Part shown: positions 24,902 to 33,796 of the stretch, piece by piece | Layout: every line of letters begins with the position of its first letter | How positions within the stretch are numbered: the stretch's first letter is position 1 | Origin: an uncultured Thermoanaerobaculia bacterium | GTDB lineage: Bacteria; Acidobacteriota; Thermoanaerobaculia; Thermoanaerobaculales; Sulfomarinibacteraceae | DNA length: 64,000 nt | Assembly: GCA_964552395.1 (NCBI GenBank) | Contig: CAZKGM010000015.1 | Location: 2,853-66,852, forward strand | Reading direction: 5' to 3' | Program-made: the position numbers and the translations under genes | The notes under the pieces: generated by a model | The model's input: the letters and a program-made list of their open reading frames with translations, nothing else | Databases searched by the model: none | What the model was told of the DNA's origin: nothing

Positions 24902-25951
24902 ATGACGTGGAAAGTATCGATCCTGTGCGCGGTGTTGGCAGGATGCGTCGGAATCGGGATTGCAGCAACGGCCTGCTCGAAGGACGAGCACGGGGAGGGG
25001 GACGCCGCCGTGCACATCAAGTCGGTCGCCCAGCTGCCCGCGCCGATACGGGAGACCCTGGCACGGTTTGGGCCGGCGAAGGCCAAACCGAAAGGCATGG
25101 AACAGGAGGTAGAGCACGGCCTCGCCACCTGGTCCGCCGAGTACCACACTGACGGCGGAGACATCGAGGTCACCGCCTTGACGGACGGAACTCTGGTATC
25201 CGTCGAACACGAAAGCACGCCCGACGCCTTGCCACGGAATGTCATGGAGTCCGCCAAGAAGACCCTCGGTGCAAGAGTAAAAGGGGCCGATCACGTGCGC
25301 GTCGCCGTGTATGAGCTCGAGGACAGTCCCGAGCCAGGGACCGTGCGCGAGCGGTTCGTGGACCCCTTCGGAAAGATCGTCGTCAAGCGCGTCCACAAGG
25401 CGGGCCCGGACAACGACATCTCCGAGGCGATCACCGATCTCCCCGCAGCGGCTCGCGCCACTTTGGAAAAGGAAACCGGCGGCGCAAAGCTGACGGGACT
25501 TCACAGGGAAACCGAGTGGGGCTACACGGTTCACGCGGCGTCCTGGCAGGCCGCCGACGGCCCTCGAGAGGTCAAGATCCTCGGCAACGGTGGCGTTGTG
25601 TACGTTGAGCTCCCCACGGGACCTCTGCCCGCCCGCGTTGCGGCCCTGATCCAGAAGAGCTCCGGACAGACCGAAGAGGCCGAGAAGGCCGACGAGAGGC
25701 AAGCTGGGAAGGCGACGCGGAAGCCCGGCGCCACAGGCGAGGAAGAGACCGCGGCAGCCGCCGGTCATACCGAGGGGACTCCAGAACAGGCAGAGCGTGG
25801 TGCCGCGAGCGTAGGCGTCGAGCGGATGTTGCTCGATGCGTGGGAGGTCCGAGGCAAGCAAGACGGCAAGAAGGTCGAGGCGCTGATCCTCGCCACCGGG
25901 GAGGTCTTGAGCGGACCCGAGGCCGAGACGCCGGACCCCAGAGGCAGGTAG
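24902..25951 (+). CDS. hypothetical lipoprotein with PepSY-like repeats and an acidic, low-complexity linker
   Basis: AAGGAGA SD. Lipobox LAGC in MTWKVSILCAVLAGCVG. Repeated LP..(I/A)R.TL....G.K......E.E.G...Y modules (LPAPIRETLARFGP..., LPAAARATLEKETGGAKL...) resemble PepSY-like beta-lactamase-inhibitor-like folds. This assignment is tentative. Confidence 0.6.
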   Translation: MTWKVSILCAVLAGCVGIGIAATACSKDEHGEGDAAVHIKSVAQLPAPIRETLARFGPAKAKPKGMEQEVEHGLATWSAEYHTDGGDIEVTALTDGTLVSVEHESTPDALPRNVMESAKKTLGARVKGADHVRVAVYELEDSPEPGTVRERFVDPFGKIVVKRVHKAGPDNDISEAITDLPAAARATLEKETGGAKLTGLHRETEWGYTVHAASWQAADGPREVKILGNGGVVYVELPTGPLPARVAALIQKSSGQTEEAEKADERQAGKATRKPGATGEEETAAAAGHTEGTPEQAERGAASVGVERMLLDAWEVRGKQDGKKVEALILATGEVLSGPEAETPDPRGR

Positions 25952-25993
25952 GAACGCAAGGTCCGAGGAGCTGCCCGGCGACTCTCGGAGAAG

Positions 25994-26020
25994 GCTCCCG
26001 ACATGTCCTCCTTCGGGAGC
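25994..26020 (+). terminator. stem-loop downstream of the lipoprotein gene (possible terminator, no U-tract)
   Basis: GCTCCCGA (25994-26001) / 11-nt loop / TCGGGAGC (26013-26020): a perfect 8-bp stem, 43 nt after the stop at 25951. Confidence 0.25.
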
Positions 26021-26252
26021 TGCGTCTGTTCCCAGCCGAAGCGCAAGACAAGGACATCCTTCCGATTTGGAGGCTCATCACGATGCAGGTGCACGCTCAT
26101 CCCGGCGGGCGACGTTACCCGGTGGCTGCCGGGCCCGGGAAGGAATGGCGGCGCTCACGGCCCTGCTGGTTATACTGGTCGCATCACCGAGGGCGCCCTG
26201 CCCCGTCTTCGTCGGTGGCGAGGGTCGCGGCGCGGCCCATGGGGGTGAAGTC

Positions 26253-27698
26253 TTGAGATCGATATTGCGAGGCCGGGTACTGGCTCTTGCATTGGCGCTG
26301 GTCTCAGTCTGTTCGTGTGCGACCTATCGGCCTCAGCCGCTGCCGTCAGCACAGGATGTGGCCGTGCGGCAGATGCCCAACCTCGAGCGCCTGAAGATCG
26401 AGGCGGCGCAGCTGCAGCACCCGATCCTGAAGCCGGTCACGCTCGACCTCTCCGACGGGCTGACACCGGACGAGGCGGCCGTGCTCGCGGTGCTCGCGAA
26501 CCCAGACCTCAAGGCCATCCGGGATGCCCGCGGTGAGGCCGCGGCTCAGCTGGTCGGTGCGAATATCCTCCCCAACCCAGTGTTTTCGGGGGAGGTCGAC
26601 CATCCCCACGGGGCCGGCTCGGAGGGCACGGTGAACGCTACGAACCTGGGCCTGGAGATGGACCTCGGCTCGCTGATTGGCCGCGCCGCACGGGTGGCCG
26701 AGGCCAGTGCCAACCTGCAGGCGGTGGACCTGGGCATCGCTTGGCAGGAGTGGCAGGTGGCACAGGCGGCACGCCTCGACACCGTCCGTCTGGCGATGCT
26801 CGAGCGGCGGCTACGGCTGGTGCAGAAGGAGCTCGCCTTCGAGTCGGAGACCGTGTCGGTGCTCGAGGACGCGGTCGACAAGGGTGATGCCACGATCCAG
26901 GACCTGGGTGTGCACCGCTCCGCCATGGCGAGCCTGAGGCAGCTCGAGGGCGACCTCGAGAGCACGACCGCCGAGACCCACGCGAGCCTCAACCTGCTCA
27001 CCGGTCTGCCGCCGGCCGCGAACGTCGCACCCGTGGTGCCCGATGAGGATGCGATCACGTTCGCACCGCTGCCCGCGGGCCCGGAGCTGGTGAAACGAGC
27101 CGTCAGCGGGCGCCTCGACCTAGAGGCCTTCCGGCTCGGCTACCGGGCCCAGGAGGCGCGTGTGCGCCAGGCGGTGCTGGCGCAGTTCCCGTCGCTTTCC
27201 ATCGCCGTCGTCAAGCAGCGAAACGAGACCGCCCTCAAGTTCCTGGGCGGCCTGGTGACCCTGGGCATCCCAATCTTCGATCGCAACCAGGCGGGAATCG
27301 CCCTCGAACGGGCCACGCGAGCCCGACTCGGGCACGAGTACGAGGCGAGGATCGCCCAGACCAGGGCCGACGTCGAGCGGCTGGCACACCAGGATGCCCT
27401 CCTCGCTGATCAGATCACCGCCGCGAGGCGCGCCCTCCGCTCCCTCGTACCGCTCGAGGCCGCCGAGCACAAGGGCGTCGAGTCGGGAGACGTCGACCGC
27501 CTGGCCTGGCAGGAGGTGCGGTCAACGCTCCTCGACCTGCGTCTCAAGCTCGCAGCCCTGCTTCAGGCGCGCCTCGAGACCAGGATCACCCTCACCACGG
27601 CAGTTGGAGGGGCCGAGGATACGCCCCCGGCCTCCAAGCACGCAGACCGATCCGCGACCGCCGACCGTGGTCACGACCGGCTCGCACCGGAACAGTAG
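26253..27698 (+). CDS. TolC-family outer membrane efflux protein (OMF)
   Basis: Two OEP repeats. Lipoprotein-like N-terminus LRSILRGRVLALALALVSVCSC if the TTG at 26253 (GGGGGTGA upstream) is used. The track ORF begins at 26067 and ATG 26145 is also possible; the start is uncertain. Confidence 0.8.
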   Translation: MRSILRGRVLALALALVSVCSCATYRPQPLPSAQDVAVRQMPNLERLKIEAAQLQHPILKPVTLDLSDGLTPDEAAVLAVLANPDLKAIRDARGEAAAQLVGANILPNPVFSGEVDHPHGAGSEGTVNATNLGLEMDLGSLIGRAARVAEASANLQAVDLGIAWQEWQVAQAARLDTVRLAMLERRLRLVQKELAFESETVSVLEDAVDKGDATIQDLGVHRSAMASLRQLEGDLESTTAETHASLNLLTGLPPAANVAPVVPDEDAITFAPLPAGPELVKRAVSGRLDLEAFRLGYRAQEARVRQAVLAQFPSLSIAVVKQRNETALKFLGGLVTLGIPIFDRNQAGIALERATRARLGHEYEARIAQTRADVERLAHQDALLADQITAARRALRSLVPLEAAEHKGVESGDVDRLAWQEVRSTLLDLRLKLAALLQARLETRITLTTAVGGAEDTPPASKHADRSATADRGHDRLAPEQ

Positions 27699-27713
27699 GG
27701 AGGTCCCGACCGA

Positions 27714-28802
27714 ATGTTGTTGCACCGCCAGCTCACCGCTCTCTCTTCGTGCCTACTCCTGCTGTCCGCTTGCGGATGCGGTGACGAGGCTCCCGCCCAG
27801 TCACCCGGCTCACGGACGGCCGCTGCCCCAGTCGCCACCGTCGTCACGGCCCGAGCGCAACGCGGCACCGTTGAGGAGACCCTGGAAACCTTCGGCACCG
27901 TCGAGTTCGACCCGCACGAGACGCGAACCGTCTCCTTCCTCAGGTCGGGTCAGGTCCAACAGCTCCTGGTCACCCCGGGGCAAGCCGTCGCCAAGGGCGA
28001 TCCCCTCCTCGACCTGGGCCCGCTTCCCTCGTCCAGCCTCGAGGTCGAGCAGGCGCGCATCAACCTCCGCTTCGCCCAACGCAACCTCGAGCGGGTTCAA
28101 CGCCTGCTTCAGACCCACCTCGCCACCAACGAGAGCGTCCAGCAGGCCGAGAAAGAGGTCGCCGACGCTCGTGCCACCCTCGCGGGCCTGGGCGTAGACG
28201 GCGCCGCCGAGCCGCGGGCTATCGAGGCGCCGTTCTCCGGCGTCGTGGTACAGGTGTTGGTGACCTCGGGCACCATTGTCCATCCCGGTGAAAGCGCCTT
28301 CCTCGTGGCACCGGCGGATGGGATCGCGGTCCGCGCCGGCTTCGAGCCCGAGGACGCGGCGCGCCTCAAGGCAGGGATGGCGGTGCGCATCTCGCCGGTG
28401 TTCGAGGGTCAGGGCCACGCGGTCGCTGACGCTGTCCTCGCCCGACTGCACCGCATCGCCGACCCGCAGACACAGCTGGTTGAGGCCCTCGTCCGGCCGA
28501 GCAAGATCCCGGCGTGGATGGTGGCCGGCACGAGGGTCCGGGTCGACGTCGTCATCCGGGCGGCCCACGACGCCATCCGCATCCCGCGGGATGCGCTGAT
28601 GACGAACGGGGGCCGGCCGGGCGTGTTCGTCATCGAGTCCGGGATCGCCCGCTGGCGACAGGTCAGCACGGGCATCGAGAGCGACCGCTGGATCGAGGCC
28701 CGGGAGGGTATCGACGATGGCGCGGTCGTCGTCACCACCGGCCGCACCAGCCTTTCCGACGGAATGGCCGTCGCCGCTCCTGCAACGGGGGATGGACACT
28801 GA
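27714..28802 (+). CDS. efflux RND periplasmic adaptor subunit (lipoprotein MFP)
   Basis: GGGAGG SD, lipobox LLSAC, lipoyl motif VTPGQAVAKGDPLLDL, beta-barrel/MP domains. Stop TGA 28800-28802 overlaps the RND ATG by 1 nt (TGATG). Confidence 0.88.
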   Translation: MLLHRQLTALSSCLLLLSACGCGDEAPAQSPGSRTAAAPVATVVTARAQRGTVEETLETFGTVEFDPHETRTVSFLRSGQVQQLLVTPGQAVAKGDPLLDLGPLPSSSLEVEQARINLRFAQRNLERVQRLLQTHLATNESVQQAEKEVADARATLAGLGVDGAAEPRAIEAPFSGVVVQVLVTSGTIVHPGESAFLVAPADGIAVRAGFEPEDAARLKAGMAVRISPVFEGQGHAVADAVLARLHRIADPQTQLVEALVRPSKIPAWMVAGTRVRVDVVIRAAHDAIRIPRDALMTNGGRPGVFVIESGIARWRQVSTGIESDRWIEAREGIDDGAVVVTTGRTSLSDGMAVAAPATGDGH

Positions 28803-31800
28803 TGTCTGCACGTACGTGGATCGAGGATCACAGGCGCAGCATCCTGTTCCTGATGGCCCTGCTGGTGGCCGGCGGCGTCGCCTCGCTGCTCAAGCTCCCG
28901 GTCAGCCTTTTCCCGCGGACCACCTTTCCGCGCATCGTGGTCAACGCCGATGCTGGTGATCGCCCCGCCGACCGCATGGTCATCGAGGTCACCCGACCCC
29001 TGGAGGAGGCGATTCGCACAGTTCCCGGTGTCCTCAGCGTCCGTTCCACCACCACCCGCGGCAGCTGTGAGATCGCCGCCAACTTCCGCTGGGGCCTCGA
29101 CATGATCTCGGCCACACTGCAGGTTGAGTCCGCCGTCGGCCAGGTGCTGGGCTCGCTCCCTGCGGGCGTCAGCTACGAGGTTCGGCGTATGGACCCGACC
29201 GTGTTCCCGGTCATGGGCCTGAGCCTGACCTCGGCCTCCCGCTCCCAGGTCCAGCTGCGCGACCTCGCCCTGTACGACCTGCGACCACTCGTGTCGACGG
29301 TTCCAGGGGTCGCCAAGATCAAGGTGCTGGGCGGGCGGACAGAGGAGTTCCAGGCCCTCGTCGACCCCGCCAAGGTTGAGGCTCTCGGGCTGACGCTCGA
29401 GGACGTGGTGCGCGCCGTCTCGGCGGCCAATGTGGTCCAGGCGGTCGGCAGGCTGGAGGAGAACGAGAAGCTCTACCTGATCCTCTCCGACACCCAGTTT
29501 CACGATCCCGCCGACCTCGGCCGGGTGATCGTCCGCCAGGGTCCCACCGGCGTCGTCCTCCTCTCCGACGTGGCGTCAATCAGAGACGCAACCCGCCTTG
29601 AGTGGACCCGGGTTACCGCGGACGGCCGCGACGCCGTGCTCGCCAACATCTACCAGCAGCCCGACGGCAACACCGTCCTCATCTCGAAGGAGATTCGCAA
29701 GCGGCTGCAGCAGCTGCGAAGCACCTTCCCGTCCGACGTCCACATGAGCGTGTGGTACGACCAGTCGCAGCTCATCAACGCGTCGGCGGGATCGGTTCGG
29801 GACGCGATCGTCATCGGCGTCGCCCTCGCGATCGTCGTGCTGCTGCTGTTCCTGCGCAACTGGAAGATCACTCTGGTCGTTTCGATCGCCGTGCCGGCCG
29901 TGCTCGCCGCCACCGCCTTGCTGCTGCTCGTCTTCCACATGGGCCTGAACATCATGACCCTGGGCGGCATGGCCGCGGCGGTCGGACTGATCATCGACGA
30001 CGGCATCGTCATGGTCGAGCACATCGTGCGCCGGCTGCGCCTGCAACCGGAGCACGACCACCGGATCATCCCCGCCGCCGCCGAGGAGATGCTGCCGGCC
30101 CTGACCGGCTCGTCGCTGGCCACGATCGTGATCTTCGCCCCACTGGCGTACCTCTCAGGCGTCACCGGCGCCTTCTTCAAGGCGCTGTCCCTGACCGTGG
30201 CCTGCTCGCTCGTCGTCTCCTACTTCTTCGCGGCCGCGGCCGTACCGGTTCTGTCCGACGCCTTTCTCGGCGCCCGCGATGCCGCCAAGGAGGACGTGGG
30301 CCGGGCGTTCAAGGCCGTGCTCGCGGCCCACGAGAGGATCCTGCGCCTGTTCCTGCGCCGGCCGGTGCTGCTGCTCGCGGTCATCGTGCCGCTCGTGGCC
30401 CTGGGCTGGGTCTCCTACCGGCACGTGGGCTCCGGCTTCATGCCCCACATGGACGAGGGCGGCTTCATCCTCGACTACGTTGCGCCGGCCGGCACCTCCC
30501 TCGCCGAAACCGACCGCCGGCTACGCCTGCTCGAGAAGATCATCACCAGCACCCCCGAGGTCGAGACCTACTCGCGGCGCACCGGCCTCGCCCTCGGCGG
30601 CGGCATCACCGAGGCCAACGAGGGCGACTACTTCATCCGCCTCAAGGGACAGCCGCGGCGGCCGATCGAGGAGGTCATGAACGACATCCGTCAGCGGGCG
30701 CTGCGCCAGGTCCCAGGGCTCGAGATCGAGCTCGCGCAGCTGATGGAGGACCTTATCGGCGACCTGACGGCGGTGCCCCAGCCGATCGAGATCAAGCTGT
30801 TCGGCTCGAGCGGCGACGAGCTGCGGCACGAGGGGGAGAAGGTCGCCGAGGCGGTCGCCACGATCCCCAACGTGGTCGACGTCAAGAGCGGTGTAGTCCT
30901 GGCCGGCGACGCCCTGGAGATTCACGTCGACCGGCTCAAGGCGCAGACGCTGGGTCTTGACCCCGACGGCGTCACCCGGCTCGCCACGATCGCTCTCGAC
31001 GGCGAGGTCGCGACCCAGGTGCAACGCGACGAGAAGATGGTCGGGGTCCGAGTCTGGACGCCGAGGGACGTCCGCTCGCGGCTCGACAGGATCCGCCAGC
31101 TCCGCCTCCGCACCGGGGATGGCCGCAACGTCCCCCTGGGACGGGTGGCGAGCTTCACGGAGGTGACCGGGCAGCCACAGATCGTCCGCGAGAACCTGAA
31201 GACGATGGTCGCGGTCACCGGCCGCATCACCGGCCGGGACATGGGCTCGGTCATCCGGGACGTCAAGACCGCGGTGGCCGGACTGCCGATGCCCAAGGGC
31301 CTCTATCTCCGTTACGGCGGTCTCTACGCCCAGCAGCAGAGCTCGTTCCGCGGACTTCTCGCCGTCCTCGGGGCAGCTGCAGCGCTGGTGTTCGTGCTGC
31401 TCCTGTTCATGTACGAGAAGTTCGCGGCGCCCGTCGCGATCCTCATCACCGACCTGCTGGCCGCGACCGCGGTCTTCTCGGGACTGTGGTGGACCGGCAC
31501 CGAGCTCGACATCTCGTCGATGATGGGGCTCACCATGATCATCGGCATCTCCTCGGAAGCCGCCATCTTCTACATGACGCAGTGGAAGGAGTCGGCGGCG
31601 AGCCTCGGCTTCACCGAGGGCCTCATCGCCGCCGGGCGGCTGCGCTTCCGGCCCATCCTGATGACCGCGCTCGCCGCCGCCCTCGCCCTGCTGCCGTTGG
31701 CCCTCGCCATCGGCGAGGGAGCCGCCATGCTGCAGCCGCTCGCGATCGGTATCATCGCTGGACTCGTGTTGACGGTACCTCTCGTCCTGCTCGTGCTGCC

Positions 31801-31843
31801 GGTCATCTTTTCGGTCTTGTCGGCAGGGAGGCAACATGAGTAA
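28802..31843 (+). CDS. RND efflux permease (AcrB/CusA-like, 12 TM)
   Basis: Track ORF 28514..31843 trimmed to MSARTWIEDHRRSILFLMALLVAGGVASL (ATG 28802). Two large periplasmic loops. TM4 motif GLIIDDGIVMVEHI. ~1013 aa. Confidence 0.92.
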   Translation: MSARTWIEDHRRSILFLMALLVAGGVASLLKLPVSLFPRTTFPRIVVNADAGDRPADRMVIEVTRPLEEAIRTVPGVLSVRSTTTRGSCEIAANFRWGLDMISATLQVESAVGQVLGSLPAGVSYEVRRMDPTVFPVMGLSLTSASRSQVQLRDLALYDLRPLVSTVPGVAKIKVLGGRTEEFQALVDPAKVEALGLTLEDVVRAVSAANVVQAVGRLEENEKLYLILSDTQFHDPADLGRVIVRQGPTGVVLLSDVASIRDATRLEWTRVTADGRDAVLANIYQQPDGNTVLISKEIRKRLQQLRSTFPSDVHMSVWYDQSQLINASAGSVRDAIVIGVALAIVVLLLFLRNWKITLVVSIAVPAVLAATALLLLVFHMGLNIMTLGGMAAAVGLIIDDGIVMVEHIVRRLRLQPEHDHRIIPAAAEEMLPALTGSSLATIVIFAPLAYLSGVTGAFFKALSLTVACSLVVSYFFAAAAVPVLSDAFLGARDAAKEDVGRAFKAVLAAHERILRLFLRRPVLLLAVIVPLVALGWVSYRHVGSGFMPHMDEGGFILDYVAPAGTSLAETDRRLRLLEKIITSTPEVETYSRRTGLALGGGITEANEGDYFIRLKGQPRRPIEEVMNDIRQRALRQVPGLEIELAQLMEDLIGDLTAVPQPIEIKLFGSSGDELRHEGEKVAEAVATIPNVVDVKSGVVLAGDALEIHVDRLKAQTLGLDPDGVTRLATIALDGEVATQVQRDEKMVGVRVWTPRDVRSRLDRIRQLRLRTGDGRNVPLGRVASFTEVTGQPQIVRENLKTMVAVTGRITGRDMGSVIRDVKTAVAGLPMPKGLYLRYGGLYAQQQSSFRGLLAVLGAAAALVFVLLLFMYEKFAAPVAILITDLLAATAVFSGLWWTGTELDISSMMGLTMIIGISSEAAIFYMTQWKESAASLGFTEGLIAAGRLRFRPILMTALAAALALLPLALAIGEGAAMLQPLAIGIIAGLVLTVPLVLLVLPVIFSVLSAGRQHE

Positions 31844-31878
31844 GGTGCAGCAAGGCCGGGCGCGAACGGAGATGTGAG

Positions 31879-33792
31879 ATGTGCGGAATCGTGGGTTGGG
31901 TGGACGTACGGGGCCGGGTCAACGAAGCCACCATCGCGCAGATGTGTGAGCAGATCCGGCACCGCGGCCCCGACGGCCACGGCTCGTGGGTCAGCCCTGA
32001 TGCCACGGTCGGGCTGGGTCACCGGCGGCTCGCGATCATCGACCTCAGCCAGGCCGCGGCGCAGCCGATGGCGAACGAGCGCGGCGACATCCAGCTCGTA
32101 TTCAACGGCGAGATCTACAACTTCCTTGAGCTCCGGCGCGAGCTCGAGGCGGCCGGCCACACATTCCGGAGCCAGACCGACTCCGAGGTCATCATCCACG
32201 GCTACGAGGAGTGGGGCGCCGAGAGGTACCTCGAGCGCCTGCGCGGGATGTTCGCATTCGCCCTGTGGGACGGCGGACGCCGGCAGCTGCACGTCGCCAG
32301 GGACCGCATCGGGATCAAGCCCTTGTACTACGCCGAGCTGCCGGGGGGCGGTCTCGCGCTCGCCTCCGAGGCAAAGGCGCTGCTCGCCCACTCGGAGCTG
32401 TCGGTCGCGCTCGACGACGACGGCCTCCGCGGCTACCTCGCCTACGGCTACGTCCCTCATGAGCGGTCAGTTTTTCGCGGCGTGAAGAAGCTGCGCCCCG
32501 GACACGCGCTCTGCTGGCAGGGGGGGCGGGTCAGCGAACGACGGTGGTGGGAGCTGTGCTACGAGCCGCAGGAGCTGTCCGGAGGCCGCGGGGATCTCGT
32601 GGAGGGAATCGGCCGGCTGCTCCGCGAGCAGGTCGAGGCGCACATGGTTGCCGACGTGCCCGTGGGCTCTTTCCTGTCCGGCGGCGTCGACTCCTCGACC
32701 GTCACCGCGCTGGCCAGAAAGAGCGTCGGGGACGCCCTCAGCACCTTCTGCGTGGGCTTCGACGCCGGCTCTCAGGACGATCTCCACTACTCCCGCCTGG
32801 TCGCCGACGCGCTCGGCACCGAGCACCACACGATGCAGCTCACCGGAGACGACGCGCGCCGCCTGCTGCCGACGCTGGCGGGAATCATGGACGAGCCGCT
32901 GTACGACCCCTCCGTGCTGGCAACGCTGGTTCTGGCCGGCTTTGCGCGGCAACGGGTGAAGGTGGCGCTGTCCGGTACCGGTGGTGACGAGGTCTTCGCC
33001 GGCTACGGCTGGTTTGCCTCGCAGGTCGGCTACGCACATCTACGGTCGAGGCTGGGGCCGCTGTGGCGCCCCCTCTCCGCGGCCGCCAACCCACTGGTCG
33101 ACCTGCTACGGCGCCTGCCGTTCGGCATGCGGGCGCCCGGCGCGTTCAAGCTCGTCGGCCGCACTCAGCCCGAGCGTTCCTTTCTGGTGCGCGGCTTCTT
33201 CGACTCCTGGGAGCAGCGGCGACTGCTCGGCAACGGCGTCGATGCGGCGGTCCCGGAGGGAGAGCACCTGTGGGTTCACGAGCGCACGTGGCGCGCCGAA
33301 TGGCCCTTGGTGCCGGCCATCCTCAACCACGACCTCTGCAGTTTCCTGCCGGACAACTGTCTCGTGCTGCTCGACCGTACGACCATGGCCCACGGCCTCG
33401 AGGCCCGCGTGCCGCTGCTCGACCACGGGCTGGTCGAGGCCGTGTTCCGGATCCCGTGGCAGGAGCTGTCCAGTGGGAACGGAGACAAGAGGCTCCTGAA
33501 GGAGATCGCAGCCAAGGTGGTGCCGAGGGACGTTCTCACCCGCGCCAAGTCCGGCTTCTCGCCGCCCTTCAAGGTGTGGCTGCGCGAGGGCGGTATGTCG
33601 ACCCTCGCCCGCGAGCTGATGACCGGCGCCCTGGCCGAGGACGGCGTCATCGAGCCGCGGTTTGTCGAGCTACTGCTGCGCCGCCGGGCGCTTCGTCGGT
33701 GGAACAAGCTGTGGCTCCTGATCGTGCTCGAGTGGTGGTACCGCCGTTGGATCCGGAGTGAGACCCCCGCCACGGCGGCTGGAGTAACCTGA
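31879..33792 (+). CDS. asnB: asparagine synthase (glutamine-hydrolysing) family amidotransferase
   Basis: MCGIVGW (Cys2 nucleophile), HRGPDG, GHRRLAIIDLS, FNGEIYNFLELR, PP-loop FLSGGVDSSTV. 637 aa. The physiological substrate cannot be deduced; this may be a paralogue that does not make asparagine. Confidence 0.85.
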   Translation: MCGIVGWVDVRGRVNEATIAQMCEQIRHRGPDGHGSWVSPDATVGLGHRRLAIIDLSQAAAQPMANERGDIQLVFNGEIYNFLELRRELEAAGHTFRSQTDSEVIIHGYEEWGAERYLERLRGMFAFALWDGGRRQLHVARDRIGIKPLYYAELPGGGLALASEAKALLAHSELSVALDDDGLRGYLAYGYVPHERSVFRGVKKLRPGHALCWQGGRVSERRWWELCYEPQELSGGRGDLVEGIGRLLREQVEAHMVADVPVGSFLSGGVDSSTVTALARKSVGDALSTFCVGFDAGSQDDLHYSRLVADALGTEHHTMQLTGDDARRLLPTLAGIMDEPLYDPSVLATLVLAGFARQRVKVALSGTGGDEVFAGYGWFASQVGYAHLRSRLGPLWRPLSAAANPLVDLLRRLPFGMRAPGAFKLVGRTQPERSFLVRGFFDSWEQRRLLGNGVDAAVPEGEHLWVHERTWRAEWPLVPAILNHDLCSFLPDNCLVLLDRTTMAHGLEARVPLLDHGLVEAVFRIPWQELSSGNGDKRLLKEIAAKVVPRDVLTRAKSGFSPPFKVWLREGGMSTLARELMTGALAEDGVIEPRFVELLLRRRALRRWNKLWLLIVLEWWYRRWIRSETPATAAGVT

Positions 33793-33796
33793 AGTC

